Of a stretch of 64,000 nucleotides of DNA, positions 49,237 to 62,614 are shown piece by piece. Below the pieces are notes generated by a model. It saw only the letters and a program-made list of their open reading frames with translations, ran no database searches and had not been told where the DNA came from. The position numbers and the translations under genes were made by a program. This DNA comes from Octopus bimaculoides (taxonomy: Eukaryota), in NCBI RefSeq assembly GCF_001194135.2, contig NC_068998.1, forward strand, positions 52,049,640-52,113,639, read 5' to 3'. The number at the start of each line of letters is the position of its first letter. Positions within the stretch are counted from its first letter, which is position 1.

Positions 49237-49766
49237 CACATATATACGTTCATATGTAGATAGATACAGGAAATATAGATTCTTCTTTCTCTCCATATTC
49301 CATGAAAATTGTGATGATAGGTGTTAATTCTGTATTCAAGCTATCAATCTATTTTTTTCTTTTCTATCTACATATAACTCTACCTCCAATTAACTGTTTT
49401 GTCACACCTGCTCCTAAAACTTTTCAGGCGACTAAAAATTAGTGTAAATATGATTTTGTTTCTTGTAATTTAACAACCCTTAATCATTTTTAGTTTAGTA
49501 AATGTCATTTCTAACAGAGATATTCCTGTTAGTTCTCATATCTCTTTTATAATTATTTTAAACATTTTCAAATTTTTTTTATTTTTTACGTCGCATAAGT
49601 TTTGAGTTGATCTCATCTGGCGAATGATTTTAACAGAGACGTCATTTTGACAAGAAGATAATTACGTCATGGTAGAGTCATTGTAATCATTAAAACACAC
49701 AAGCACTGTTACGTCAACCGTTATTTTGTTAAATCAAACTTTTACTTTGCAATATTATTATCATTA

Positions 49767-50330
49767 AGGTGGCGAACTGGCTGAATCAGTAGCATGCCAA
49801 ACAAAATGCTTAGTGGCATTTCGTCTGTGCTTGTGTTCTGAGTTCAAATCTCACAGAAGTTGACTTTACCTTGCATCTTTTTGGGGTCAGTAAAATAAGG
49901 ACCAGTTGAGTACTGGGGTCGATGTAATTGACTAATCCCCCCTCCCACAAATTTCAGGCCTTGTGCCTATAGTAGAAAGGGTTATTATGATTATAATCGT
50001 TGTTATTAGTAAGGTGGTGACCCGACAGAATCATTGCTGAATTGGTCAAAATGCTGAGCAGCATTTTTTCCACCGTTTTGACATCTTGGGTTCAAATTCT
50101 GCAGTTGCCAACTTTGTCTCTCATCATTTCAGTGCAAATAAAATAGACTATCATTTGAATAATGGGATCGATGTAATCAATCCCAGTACTCAAAATTTGA
50201 AGGCCTTATTATTGCATAGTAATTCTGCCTTTCATCCTTCTGGGATTAATAAGATCAATACCAGTTAAATACTGAGGTTAATTTTCTAGCCCACATCACA
50301 TTAGGTTCCCTCAAAATTTTAGCCTTGTTA
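49767..50330 (+). mobile_element. Cluster of three SINE B copies
   Basis: aggtggcgaactggctgaatc...ttgactttaccttgcatc...; second head at about 50030; third core aattctgcctttcatccttctggg at about 50220. Confidence 0.75.
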
Positions 50331-51670
50331 TGACAATTTAGGCAGCATTATTATTGCAAAAATTCAATATAGCAGTAAGTGCATCATTTTTAAAAGTTAC
50401 ATCTATACCATGATGTCATTGTTATGTTACTTTGAAGTTTTTTTATAGTTTTAGTGAATTTGTACTGTGTTTAGGTTTCACTCCATTAATAAAATTAGCA
50501 TTTTACTTCTTCTATTGTGGAAATCAGATATATCCATTCAAAATGTCATTACCTTTAACTGCAGAAAACAGTTCACAATACCAATCCTTTGTAGAGACAT
50601 GTGATGTTTAAAGCTATTTTCTGCTAAGATATATCATGTTTATTGAGGTAACATAACTTGCCAATTGTAGTAGTTCTATTTTTTAGAGGTATTTAACATT
50701 GTTACTGGAATAACACTGAAATCTAATTTCACAGTGAAAGGGTTACGTTACTTATGGTTCCTTTAGTAATCTTGTCCACTTAGAGAATTTAGTATACTCT
50801 TATTATCTTTCTAACACTTATCGTTAACACCTACTGTTAAACTGTTCACTCTTATGCAAGACCTGTGTATCAAGACTTGTTTAGTCAGTCGTCAGTGAAT
50901 CCACAACAAGGAAATGAAGATGAGTATCCTTGCTAGAGATGAATGGCTGCTATAACATCTTCAGTACTTATTAAAAAAAGGGAATGACAAAATTGAAAAC
51001 TTGGCCAACTTCTGAGGATTCTTTACATTTGAACAACATTATTGTATGTAAGCAATGAAAACATCTGGCAGTTATTGCAGAGTTNNNNNNNNNNNNNNNN
51101 NNNNNNNNNNNNNNNNNNNNNNNNNNNNNNNNNNNNNNNNNNNNNNNNNNNNNNNNNNNNNNNNNNNNNNNNNNNNNNNNNNNNNNNNNNNNNNNNNNNN
51201 NNNNNNNNNNNNNNNNNNNNNNNNNNNNNNNNNNNNNNNNNNNNNNNNNNNNNNNNNNNNNNNNNNNNNNNNNNNNNNNNNNNNNNNNNNNNNNNNNNNN
51301 NNNNNNNNNNNNNNNNNNNNNNNNNNNNNNNNNNNNNNNNNNNNNNNNNNNNNNNNNNNNNNNNNNNNNNNNNNNNNNNNNNNNNNNNNNNNNNNNNNNN
51401 NNNNNNNNNNNNNNNNNNNNNNNNNNNNNNNNNNNNNNNNNNNNNNNNNNNNNNNNNNNNNNNNNNNNNNNNNNNNNNNNNNNNNNNNNNNNNNNNNNNN
51501 NNNNNNNNNNNNNNNNNNNNNNNNATATATATATATATACACACACACACTACACATTCAGATATTATCATGTCCTTAACACTGACAGTTCAGTTGCTGT
51601 GATAATATGCAATAACTATTGCTGCACAATCAAACACCTCTATATTGTATTTCCTTTTAGCATCATTTAA

Positions 51671-51891
51671 CCTTTTTGATACCAACCTGGCTGAAACCGC
51701 TTCTAGCTCTGTAGTACAAATGTCTTGTTTTCAAAAGTTCTGAATTAAAAGCTTCTGCCAAACCTTAGTCACAATTTATGTTCCTAACACTAGCTGAATG
51801 ATAACTAAGTTTTTTTTTTACTAAATTCTTTGTTATATTTAGAATTGAGAGAAACACAGAGCATCTCATCAGAAATATGGTACCAAAAGGG
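51671..51891. mobile_element. 221-bp piggyBac-like MITE with TTAA target duplication
   Basis: TTAA|cctttttgatacca ... tggtaccaaaaggg|TTAA; TIR 12/14. Confidence 0.8.
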
Positions 51892-52576
51892 TTAAACCAT
51901 TAATGACTTAACTCTCTGCGATGAAACTGGTTTTGAAAATAAATTTGCCATTGAAAAGAAAAAAATCTGCTGATATTTTTTTAATATAATATTCTTCATT
52001 CACTTTATCATGTTTTTTTGTTCGGTTTGGGTTTTTCTGGTGTTACCAATTATATTTATAATGATATTTTCAACTACATAATTTAATTTTGACTAATTAT
52101 ATTTTGCTTTATTCTTTTTATCATTTTCATTTTTTTTAATTTTTTTTCTTTTGAAATTTAAATTTTATTTTATTCCTTTTTTTTTTGCTTGTTTGTTTTT
52201 TAAATTTATCAGGAGAAAATGTCTTTTTTGACTTAGGATTTTCATTGATTCAATTTTGATTTTGATTTTTCTTGTTTTTGGTCTGTATTATAAACACTCC
52301 CTTTGATATAATTAAAATTTAGTGATCAAGCTAGTTAAGCAACCTCGCATTTCTTGTTCCCTCCTACCATCCCTACTCTAGAACAATTCTTGTTGCCTTA
52401 CTTTTTGTCATTAGATTTCTTATATGATTTTATCTTAATCATATTGAAGAGTATAACTTTAAAAAAAAGTTACATTATTGAAAATAGAAAACACACACAG
52501 CATTTTGAAACAAAAAAAAAACATATTTCCAATTTGAAATTGTCTATGATATATATATACATATATATACATACAT

Positions 52577-52621
<45 letters not shown>

Positions 52622-52895
52622 TATATACACATGCACACATGTGTTTGTGTGTATATGTGCATGTACATANNNNNNNNNNNNNNNNNNNNNNNNNNNNNNN
52701 NNNNNNNNNNNNNNNNNNNNNNNNNNNNNNNNNNNNNNNNNNNNNNNNNNNNNNNNNNNNNNNNNNNNNNNNNNNNNNNNNNNNNNNNNNNNNNNNNNNN
52801 NNNNNNNNNNNNNNNNNNNNNNNNNNNNNNNNNNNNNNNNNNNNNNNNNNNNNNNNNNNNNNNNNNATGTAATTATATATAAATACGCATATGTA

Positions 52896-52932
<37 letters not shown>

Positions 52933-53379
52933 TGATAGCTTCAGACTAGCTTCTTTATTTCTCCAAGAATAACAAAAGCCAAACCAAAGTGAAGAAAAAG
53001 ATCAATGTAAAGTTTAATGAGGAATCAAAGAAACAAAAACACTGAAAGCACTCATAACCTTTCTTCACGTCACATTCATAACTGCTTAAATTAAAAGAAC
53101 TTTCTAAGCTCTGTGCCTTTTTTCTTTTCTTCTTTGCCATCGTTTGTTCTTCCTTAATCTCCATTTCTCTTAGCACATTTTTTCCGGTATTCTGTCACCT
53201 TTGACGATGTTATCTCAATTGGTGTTGCAAATATGAGGTACGAATAACCTACACCTAATTTATATTACATTCACAATGAAACCATGTAAAGAGCAAACTG
53301 CAGAGTTGAGCTTTGTACAGTTTGCATGTGTATACATATATGTATATGTTGTTAGCTTTCATAAGCTGAGTATCATTAC

Positions 53380-53433
<54 letters not shown>
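53380..53433. repeat. (ATT)n microsatellite
   Basis: Direct reading; another at 13258-13295 directly before exon B. Confidence 0.95.
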
Positions 53434-53434
<1 letters not shown>

Positions 53435-53912
53435 GTTGTTGTTGTTGTTATTATCATTATTATTATCATTGTTATCATTATTATTATGAACCCCTAGTGG
53501 TTAATGAAGAAAATATTATTACTATTATATTTACATACAGCCATAAATATGTGTGTGTGTGTGCATGTGATTATGTAAAATTATAATTAAAATTGCATAA
53601 ATATTATATANNNNNNNNNNNNNNNNNNNNNNNNNNNNNNNNNNNNNNNNNNNNNNNNNNNNNNNNNNNNNNNNNNNNNNNNNNNNNNNNNNNNNNNNNN
53701 NNNNNNNNNNNNNNNNNNNNNNNNNNNNNNNNNNNNNNNNNNNNNNNNNNNNNNNNNNNNNNNNNNNNNNNNNNNNNNNNNNNNNNNTTATGTTTAAATT
53801 TGCATATGTATGTGTATGTGTATGTAAATATATTTTTATGAATTTACATACATATATATCTGTATGTATATGCATGTGTATTTTTATTTATGTGTTTGTT
53901 TGTGTAAATTGG

Positions 53913-53954
<42 letters not shown>

Positions 53955-55162
53955 TTATTATTAAAGTGGCTATTCACAATTTAAAACCAAAAAGCACAAG
54001 TGCAGCCGTCACTAAAGTGGCTAAGTGTTGTTTTGACTCTTATTTCTAGCAATGCTGGTGCTCACTTGCACCCTTAGTCACTTCAGTGAAAATTGTGTGT
54101 GCGAGTGTGTATGTATATATATATACACATATTATACGTACATGTATATGTGAATAGAGTGATATGCATGCAGCAAGTGATAAGATTTGAGGATGTTATG
54201 TTGAGAGATCACACTGAAGCAAGTTCATATTGTGGAGGAGACGTTTTAGCCATCTAAGTAGACAAAAACTTCACAAAGTTATTTTGTTAATAACATTGTC
54301 TTCTGTGAATTGTCAAACTTATCTCATCTCTTTGTGACCCAATCATTGATTGATGCCATTCCAGAGCATCAACTGAATGGCACAGAAGTGTGACAAAACA
54401 AGTTCCACAATTTCATAGTTGCTTGCTATAATGAAATAACGAGATTTTTCTCTTGTTAAATAGCTAAAATGATGCTACAATGAGGTAAATGTATTTGTGT
54501 GCATATGGCATGTGTGTGTATATAAATATACATATATATATGTATATATAGGTATGCTTTCATAAGCAATACTCTGTTATTCAGAATTTATTTTTTCTTT
54601 TAAGTGTTAAATTCTTTGGCTGGAATTGAACTATGCACTTCCTGTGATCTGCACAAGCATGCTGAACTTCATTTTGTCATCACCACCCCCACCAGAATAG
54701 CCCTAATTAAATCTACAGGAAATGCATCAATTCCTCTGAGAATTTTATCATAATTTTTTTTTTTTTTAAGCATTAAACCTCTGGTCAACACTGATTGACA
54801 GACTTGTGAACCATAGGTGTTCCAAACATGACCATCCTCTCATTTACTATATCCATGACTACGTTATACCCTGTCATTCAACTTTTTTCTTTTTTTCTTT
54901 TTAAGATGTTAGTGTGTGATCTGTGGAGATTTACTGCTATTTAAGGCAGGTCAAGTGATCACATAGAGGCTCTCTGGAAAGTGCTGCTATAGCAGAATTA
55001 TTAGATCTTCAATGAATGCCCTATGACATATGTTTCAAAGCTCCAACAGGATCACTTTTTGTAAGACTGGATTTGATAAACAAAATACCAGTAATGTGCT
55101 GGTGGTTGATTCAACTCACTATGCCTCTTGTCTTCAAATAAATGTTCATGTAACTAATTGTG

Positions 55163-55343
55163 CCCTTTAGCACTCAGATTACACTGTCAAATATAATACT
55201 TATTTATTCACATGCTTTGAATTAATCATGCATTATCTTGTAGCTTTAAGACTTCAATGGTATGAGAGGCTGGATCTGGCCAGTTTGAACATAAAGCAGG
55301 AAGAATATCTGGGCTGGATATGGCCAGTTTGAATGCTAAAGGG
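55163..55343. mobile_element. CCCTTTAGCA-family MITE with both TIRs
   Basis: ccctttagcactca ... tgaatgctaaaggg (13/14); TTAA flanks decayed. Confidence 0.75.
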
Positions 55344-56335
55344 TTAGAAAAATAATGTGGTTTTCTGTTTTTTTTTTTTTTGGTCTTTTTTCTACTTCAG
55401 CAGTATTGTTTGGAAATGTATACTCTCACACATATACACACATAACATAACACATACATACAGATTATTTATATGCATAACATATATATATGCTAATAGC
55501 CCATATTCTTATGTAATATAAACTGCATTTGATATATATATATATGTATGTATATCAGATACATAATATTACACATAATGTTCTACTGCATGTTATGTAT
55601 GTGTCCAGTCATTGCTGTTTGTTGACAAACTGAAAATATTGGTACAAATATTGAGTGTTTGATTTTGAACTTTTAACACTTGAGATGCTAGTTTTGGAGG
55701 CATTTCAAATTATTATTATGCATGTATCTGCCAGAATGTTGCAACAAAAAGTATTTTAAGAAATTTATTTTGAAAAGCAAAAAAAATCTCTGAAGAAAAC
55801 AACAATCCCTTAAAAAAGCAAACCTACCTTAACCTTTTTTTTTTAAATTTCATCATATTTTTTTTTTCGTATTTTCCTTTTATAAAAGAAATTCGTTCGT
55901 TTAACATTTTTTTAATTTTATTTTTATTTAATCAATGAATTGTGTAAAGAATAATGAGAAAAAAAGATATATTTTAAACTAAACGTAAAAAATGAAAGAT
56001 TTTGTAAATTTTGCTTTTTCTTCCTTGATCAATCACTTATATTCTTGTGAACCATGTCTCATTAATTAATTAATTAATTAATTATAATGGTGTGTTTTTT
56101 TTTCTTAACAACAGGTCTGAATTTCCTATTTCTTTAAGTCATTTTTTAAAACCAAACTCACACAGGTTATCCTTTCTCCTCACTCCAAGATCTGACTAAT
56201 CACTTTCAGTATAAAAGCGAAAATTTTTTTAAAAAAGAAAATTCATTTCCTATGCTGCATATTTATTTATTTCACTTAACATATACATCATTCATATCTT
56301 ACACATTTGTGCACACATCCATGTATATGCGTGCA

Positions 56336-56373
<38 letters not shown>

Positions 56374-56852
56374 CATACACACACACACACTCTCTCACAT
56401 ATATATATAGGCACATGCACACACATATATATAGATATGTATATACATAAGCATGCTTTAATTCCCATAGTAGATTTGTGTGATGAGAATATTTTTTTTT
56501 TGTTATAGACTGCATTTGTATGTATGTATGTAGATATAGATAGTCATTGGCTGTCACTGTGTTCAGAGAATGAGATTGGTTGTGTGCAATGCCTCTCCCC
56601 ACTTCAAAAAGCATCATGGACAGGCATCACTTGATGTGCTGGCATCATCATCTGATGCTTAAGGAATTGGCCAGGACATGTAATATAACACCACTCTGTA
56701 GATACAACACACAACCAATGAAATAACTCGGGTAGCAGACCACCCCCAAGCATTGATACTGAGTCGTGTTAGTTTCATGGAAAGGATAGATGAGGAGAGA
56801 GAAAAAATAGAAAAGAACAAGTGTGTCTCAATTAGAAGATAACTGCACGCTT

Positions 56853-56854
<2 letters not shown>

Positions 56855-56897
<43 letters not shown>

Positions 56898-56899
56898 GT

Positions 56900-56941
<42 letters not shown>
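56855..56941. repeat. Compound (CA)n-(GATA)n microsatellite
   Basis: Direct reading. Confidence 0.95.
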
Positions 56942-56942
<1 letters not shown>

Positions 56943-57157
56943 TCTGATGAGGTGGATGTGTATTACATGTCCATGAACTTTTCATATGGAGCTGAGTCAA
57001 ACTGTTATTAGAAAATATATGTAACTGCTACCGAATGTGTTTGAATGTGACTTTCTTTCATTTGTCCACTCGTTCATGTGTGTGTGTATATGTATATATT
57101 TATATCAAAATCTGTTGGTTTGCTTTTATGTGTATCTATTTGTATGCATGTGCATGT

Positions 57158-57800
57158 ATTATCATTGTTATTTTGCATCCATTTTTTCCAAGTTAACATG
57201 GGTTGAACAGGTCTTTTCCAGCACAGCATCTCTCCCCTTCTTGTGGTACTTTGCCATCTCCTTCATGAGATCCAGCATCCTGAGATCAAATCTCACCACT
57301 TCTGTCCATGCCTTCCTTGGTCTTTCCCTTCCACAGGTTTCTTTCACTTTAATCACTTGCCAATTCTTTCCGCTACTCCATACACATCACATGTCCACAC
57401 AAGCTCAATGACCTTTCTACTACACTGCATCTAATTCCTTTTATACCTCTTTCTTTTTTTCCTTCTCTCAGCTCATTTGTGTGCCATCATTCAGGTCCAT
57501 CAGCACTACACATCTACCAGAACATGCTTGCCTCACTTCTTTCCAGCCTTCATACACCCTCTACTTTCAATGCTCATGTTTCATAACTATGCAACATCAC
57601 ATTTTATATACAATCATCATACAATTTGCCCTTAACTCTGAGAGAAAATCATTCAGTTGCCATCAAAGATAATAGCTCTCTCTCAAATGTTTCTGCTCCA
57701 TGCTTACATTGGCTCTTATATGTTCTGAAAATCCTCAGCTACTGTTAACTCACCTTGGTAAAACAAGGCATCAAATACTTCTTAAACCCCCTCCACACAT
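57158..57800 (-). mobile_element. RTE-clade LINE 3' remnant (no zinc finger) including its 3' tail
   Basis: RELLSLMATE*FSLRVKGKLYDDCI*NVMLHSYET*AL...GIRCSVVERSLSLCGHVMCME...TCGRERPRKAWTEVVRFDL; resembles RTE FSLRVKG-LY, HGSETW, WYGHVMRM, GRGRPRKTW motifs. Confidence 0.85.
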
Positions 57801-58245
57801 TTAAAAGACTTAAATTTTGGTGGTGCTCTGTCTTCTATTATTAGATATCTACTTCACATGATTCCCTGCTTCTCTTGGGCTGATAATTGGAAACTGAGAG
57901 TTTGTATCTGCTACACATTATGGCATTTTTACATACATTTTTTTGTCTATGGACTCAGTGCAACCCTTTTCCAGAGATCTATCGTTTTCCTGCAAATTAG
58001 AACTTTTAGGGTTGCTTGGTTTATATGCAGACCATGTTGAGTCCACATTAGAAATATTTCCAATAATTCTCAAAGAGATCGGTATACATATTGTGAATGC
58101 GTGCATGTTTGTATGTTTCTTTACATCTTGCGTGGCGCCTTTGAAGCTGAATGGAAGGAGAGATCCCTTGCTTAGAATGGCTCATCCCATGGACCACAAA
58201 TTAAATTTGTTCTGTGGAGGAATGTAGTGGCGGACAGAAAACAAG

Positions 58246-58276
<31 letters not shown>

Positions 58277-59082
58277 CACACACACACACACACACACATA
58301 AAAAACATGTATTGATTTTGCACATAGTTATATATGACGATTGTCAAGTATTAAATGAATAATCTCTGCAAAGCTTTCAGCTCTGTAACACATTTTATTT
58401 TGTTTCTGTTGGGAAAAGGTTAACCTTCATTGGGCTGTAAATTATTATGGGCTTTTTTTTTATTTTATTTTTTTTAAGTTTTAGATTAAAATTTTTGAGG
58501 TTCACCATATAAGAGGAGCAATGTTGCTGTAAAGTCACTGTGATGCAATTGTGAATTTTTGTGGTGTGTGAGCAAATATATTTATGGATATTCTATAAAG
58601 AAATATTTATAAAATGTTTGTTTATATCCATCAAGCATACATTATTACACCAAACATTCTTTGCAACTACATGGCTTTTCCCACAGACTGAAATCCAAAA
58701 ATTATATACAAGACTTGTGGTAAGACCAAAGTAATCTACTGTCCTATGAAGGCTGTATAGTCAAAACATTGAAGTAACTGTCAACATTTTTTCCACAGAA
58801 ATAATGAACACATGCATATAATTATACGTATACATTTATATAATTTACCTATCTCTTTATCTATTTATATATATATATCTGTGCATTTGTGTTTATGTGC
58901 TGGTATATCTGTGTGTGTGTGTGCATGTGTTTGTATTTATACATATATATTATATAAATACTTATGTATATATATGCATATGCTTGCATGTGTTGGTATA
59001 TTGATATCTATATGTATATATACACATATATACATAATTATATATGACCTTGTGTGTATACATATGTGTGTGAATGTATGAG

Positions 59083-59123
<41 letters not shown>

Positions 59124-61140
59124 ACTATGTGTGTAAATATATTTTAATCTGTGAACAAGTTGGTATGTAATTACTGAAGAATTTATTTTTATTATAAAAT
59201 TTATGAAATGCAACCAAACAATTTTGTAAATAAAACTTTGATTTTAGGAATTTATTTTTCAGAAATAATATTCTTGGAATTTCTTCAATTTGTGTCTTCT
59301 CACAATCTACTTCTTTACAATACTGGATCTGTTAGAGAGAAGGAAATATTGCTTTGGTTATTTACAGGAAATTCTTCATGAGATTTTCATGTTGTTTAGT
59401 CCCATGTGAACCCTGGGTGAAGAACACTTTGATCAAATGCTTTCTAGACATGATCATACTCCCTTTTTAGGGATTTGCAGGAATACATTATATAATATGT
59501 TTCTTATGACCTGGTATGTGATTTGAGTTGATATTTGGCTGCTATTTCTAGCAATTTGAATGACTGCATAGATGTATTTTTTTCATTTGCTTGAGTGGTT
59601 CCAATTTCGGTTCCTCTTCATTCTTTTATATGTACACTTTACACATATAGATTATCTTAAAGACACAATCCAGAAAAATTTATGTGGGCAAGCATTAAAG
59701 CCAACTTTAAAGAGCTTGAAGACAATTTCCGCAACCCATCTGGTTTTACAGTTTGGGGCAATACTTCTAGTTTGCCAAAACCTTATTTCTTTTAAAATTT
59801 TCTACTTTAGGAAATACAAACTTTTGGCATTGACCTATATAGGTCAACATTTATAAATGCTTTGCTACCATGTTCACCTTGAAAGAAGGGCCCAAGGATA
59901 TTTTTTTGCCATTATCTGCACCAAACAGCGGCTTCACAAAGAGAATGCATTGTGTTGTTAACAAATGAATTTTTTTTTTACATTTTCTTGCACCCTAATT
60001 TAAATGTTTGTTTGCATATCACAATAGCTATTTCACCAGAAATTGAATTCATTCATCACAGTATTTTTTCTTTTCCTTTTTTTTTCTTCAAGAAAATCAA
60101 ATTTGGCCCCCACACATGATTTTTCTCCAAACTGCAATTTAGCTGAAAAATCATGAATGTTACACTGGATTTAAAATTGAAAGAAGAAAAAAAGGCAAAA
60201 AAAAAAGAAATCATGCACCATTTGTTTCTCGTTATAACAAACAATTACAAAACTTTTATAAATATTAACAATGATGATCTTGCTATTTAGCAAATGAGTT
60301 GCAATGTTTTTTGGGTTTTTTTCAATATTACTGGATATTCATTAATTCACTGTGTAACACAGGATACATGTTTTCTTCAATGTATATTTTTCTCCTTTTT
60401 TTTTTTGGTCTTCCATCGTGGCTCAATAATAATAATAATCACTCAGATTCTGAACTATATATATATATATTTTTTTTTTTTTAATATCAAAATACTTGAG
60501 AAAATTTTCACTATGTATAGATTACTTATGAAAGTAATCAATTTTCACAACAGTTCATCTGTGATGGTCAGTGGTAAATGTATTTATAATAATAATAATA
60601 TAACAAACACCCTGTGCTCCTTCATTGTAGGTTAAAAATTATTTAAAGTCAAAATCTCATATATAAAACAAAAAGGGAATCATTCAATGACTGCTGAGAC
60701 ATCCATAGTTTTATAATAATGTGTGTGTGTGTATGTAAATATATATATATGTGTGTGTTATACGTTTGTGTGTGTGTGGATATATTTATATATGTGTATA
60801 TATTTGTATGTATATGTACACACACACACATATATACTTATATGGGGAACCACTTTTCTGTAAGACGTGTAGGGAAAACATGATTATGTCCTATTTTGAT
60901 TTTTTTCCTTTATATTTTCATGTAAGACACTTGCAGCTCATTTCGAACTATAAAGTCCCTAAAAACATCATTTCCAGACATTCTTGGCCTCATCTTCACA
61001 ATATGAAATATTGTACTATTGCTGATGTGTAACAACATGTACAGCACAAAACACAATTTGCATAACCAAAAAAAAAAGAAAAACATTATCCTTAAGTTAT
61101 CTCTTGGGGGCCATGTTTGCAGCATCCATTCTGTCTAGAT

Positions 61141-61331
61141 CAGTGGCTCACATCCTTTTTAATAACAAGGATAGATCCAAAACCTGGATGGCTTTAAGGG
61201 GCCACACCACAAAAAGTAAAATCCAAGTAAAGGGAAATTTATTATATTTAAAGAGGGAAGACTCATGGAGGCCAGCAGAAGGATGCTTGATGGCCATATG
61301 TGGCCCTGGGAACCGTAGTTGAGAGCCACTG
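61141..61331. mobile_element. 191-bp hAT (Charlie-like) MITE
   Basis: CAGTGGCTC...GAGCCACTG termini; 8-bp flanks gtctagat / atctggac resembling the NTCTAGAN target; atgtggccc-gtagttgag subterminal motif. Confidence 0.75.
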
Positions 61332-61739
61332 ATCTGGACCCATAGGGAACAAAGTATTTAAATACAAACATCAAGCATTGCCAGTTCTGTGGATGATGCT
61401 ATGTGCTTGTTGCAATGGGAAACACTAAAATACATTAGGAAATTATAAGATGTAGAAAACAAACGCATACTAAAATTACAGAGAAATACAAATATAATTT
61501 CATTTCTAAGTATAAACATTTAGGTTGATATGAAGTATTACACCAGCAGAAACACAAATAATACTTTTACACAAACATGGTGAATATTCTCACTGATATA
61601 AAATGTCAGTATTAAAATCCTGACACTTCAAAGCAATTATGCTCTCTTTCACAATAAAAGCAGGAGATAAAAGAAAAATACAGAATAATAAAAAACCCTA
61701 ATTAGCAACAGTTATTTTAACAGGCAAATAAATGAAGCT

Positions 61740-62050
61740 TCAGAAATATAGACTTACACCTTGTGCAGCTCTCTAACTTGCTAGCTCTGATCAAACTGTC
61801 CAACCCATGCCAGCATGGAAAGTAAACATTAAAGGATGATGATACAAATTCATCAAACATTACATTTCTGTTATTTTTTTTTTTATCCACTTTCCATACC
61901 GACATGTAGTGAATAGCTTGACAGCATCTGACTAACTGGTGAGTTGTGTTATACTCCAGTGCACCTCAGTTTTGGCATGGTTTCAATGGCTGGATGCCTT
62001 TCCTTATGCCAAGTACTTGTGCGAAGTGCACTAAATGCTTTTTTAGCAAG
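61740..62050. mobile_element. Two SINE A fragments in opposite orientation
   Basis: caaactgtccaacccatgccagcatggaaagtaaacattaaaggatgatgat (+); ggctggatgcctttccttatgcc (-). Confidence 0.6.
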
Positions 62051-62416
62051 GTTGTCTTATTACTTTCCTCATAATTGAAATGGAAATAGAAGAGTGAGAG
62101 AAAGTGATGACTTTAGACAAGAGGTGATGAGAAGAACAGGTAGCAAATGACTAAAGTGGGTATTTAGAAATTCAGTTGTAAGCTTCTTCACTATTATCGC
62201 TACATCAGCCATACAATTACAACTCTCTCTCTCTCTCTCTCTCTCCCATAGGTTCACTATGCATTCACCACACTATTCTACACAAAACTAAACATAACAG
62301 GAAAACATTCGTAGACAATACTTTCATAGTATATAGAATTTTCCAACAAAACCAGATAATCACAACACAGTACTTATAGTAAACACAGATAACATTTATC
62401 AGAAATTAAATAAACA

Positions 62417-62614
62417 AGGCGACAAGCTGGGTGAAATGCTTAGCGGTATTTTTTCCGCCACTATGTCCTGAATTCAAATTCCACTGAGGTTGACTTTGCC
62501 TTTCATCCTTTCGGGGTCGATTAAATAAGTACCAGTTATGTACTGGGGTCGATATAATCGACTTAATCCGTTTGTCCCCTCTGTGTGTAGCCCCTTGTGG
62601 GCGATAAAGAAATA
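62417..62614 (+). mobile_element. Young SINE family B copy with 16-bp TSD and a head deletion
   Basis: agaaat(t/c)aaataaaca at 62401-62416 and 62615-62630; ttgactttgcctttcatcctttcggggtcgattaaataagtaccag. Confidence 0.88.

Noticed and set aside
57918-58106. Minus-strand ORF with a GTATGT donor-like end
   Set aside because: No credible acceptor, no recognisable protein similarity, no partner exons
59661-59795. HNPEKFMWASIKANFKELEDNFRNPSGF, faintly like a Tc1 NPIE-W motif
   Set aside because: Conserved Glu is misplaced, bounded by stops, no other transposase motifs or TIRs
60905-61030. Possible terminal exon of a convergent minus-strand gene
   Set aside because: Poor acceptor context and no recognisable product in any frame
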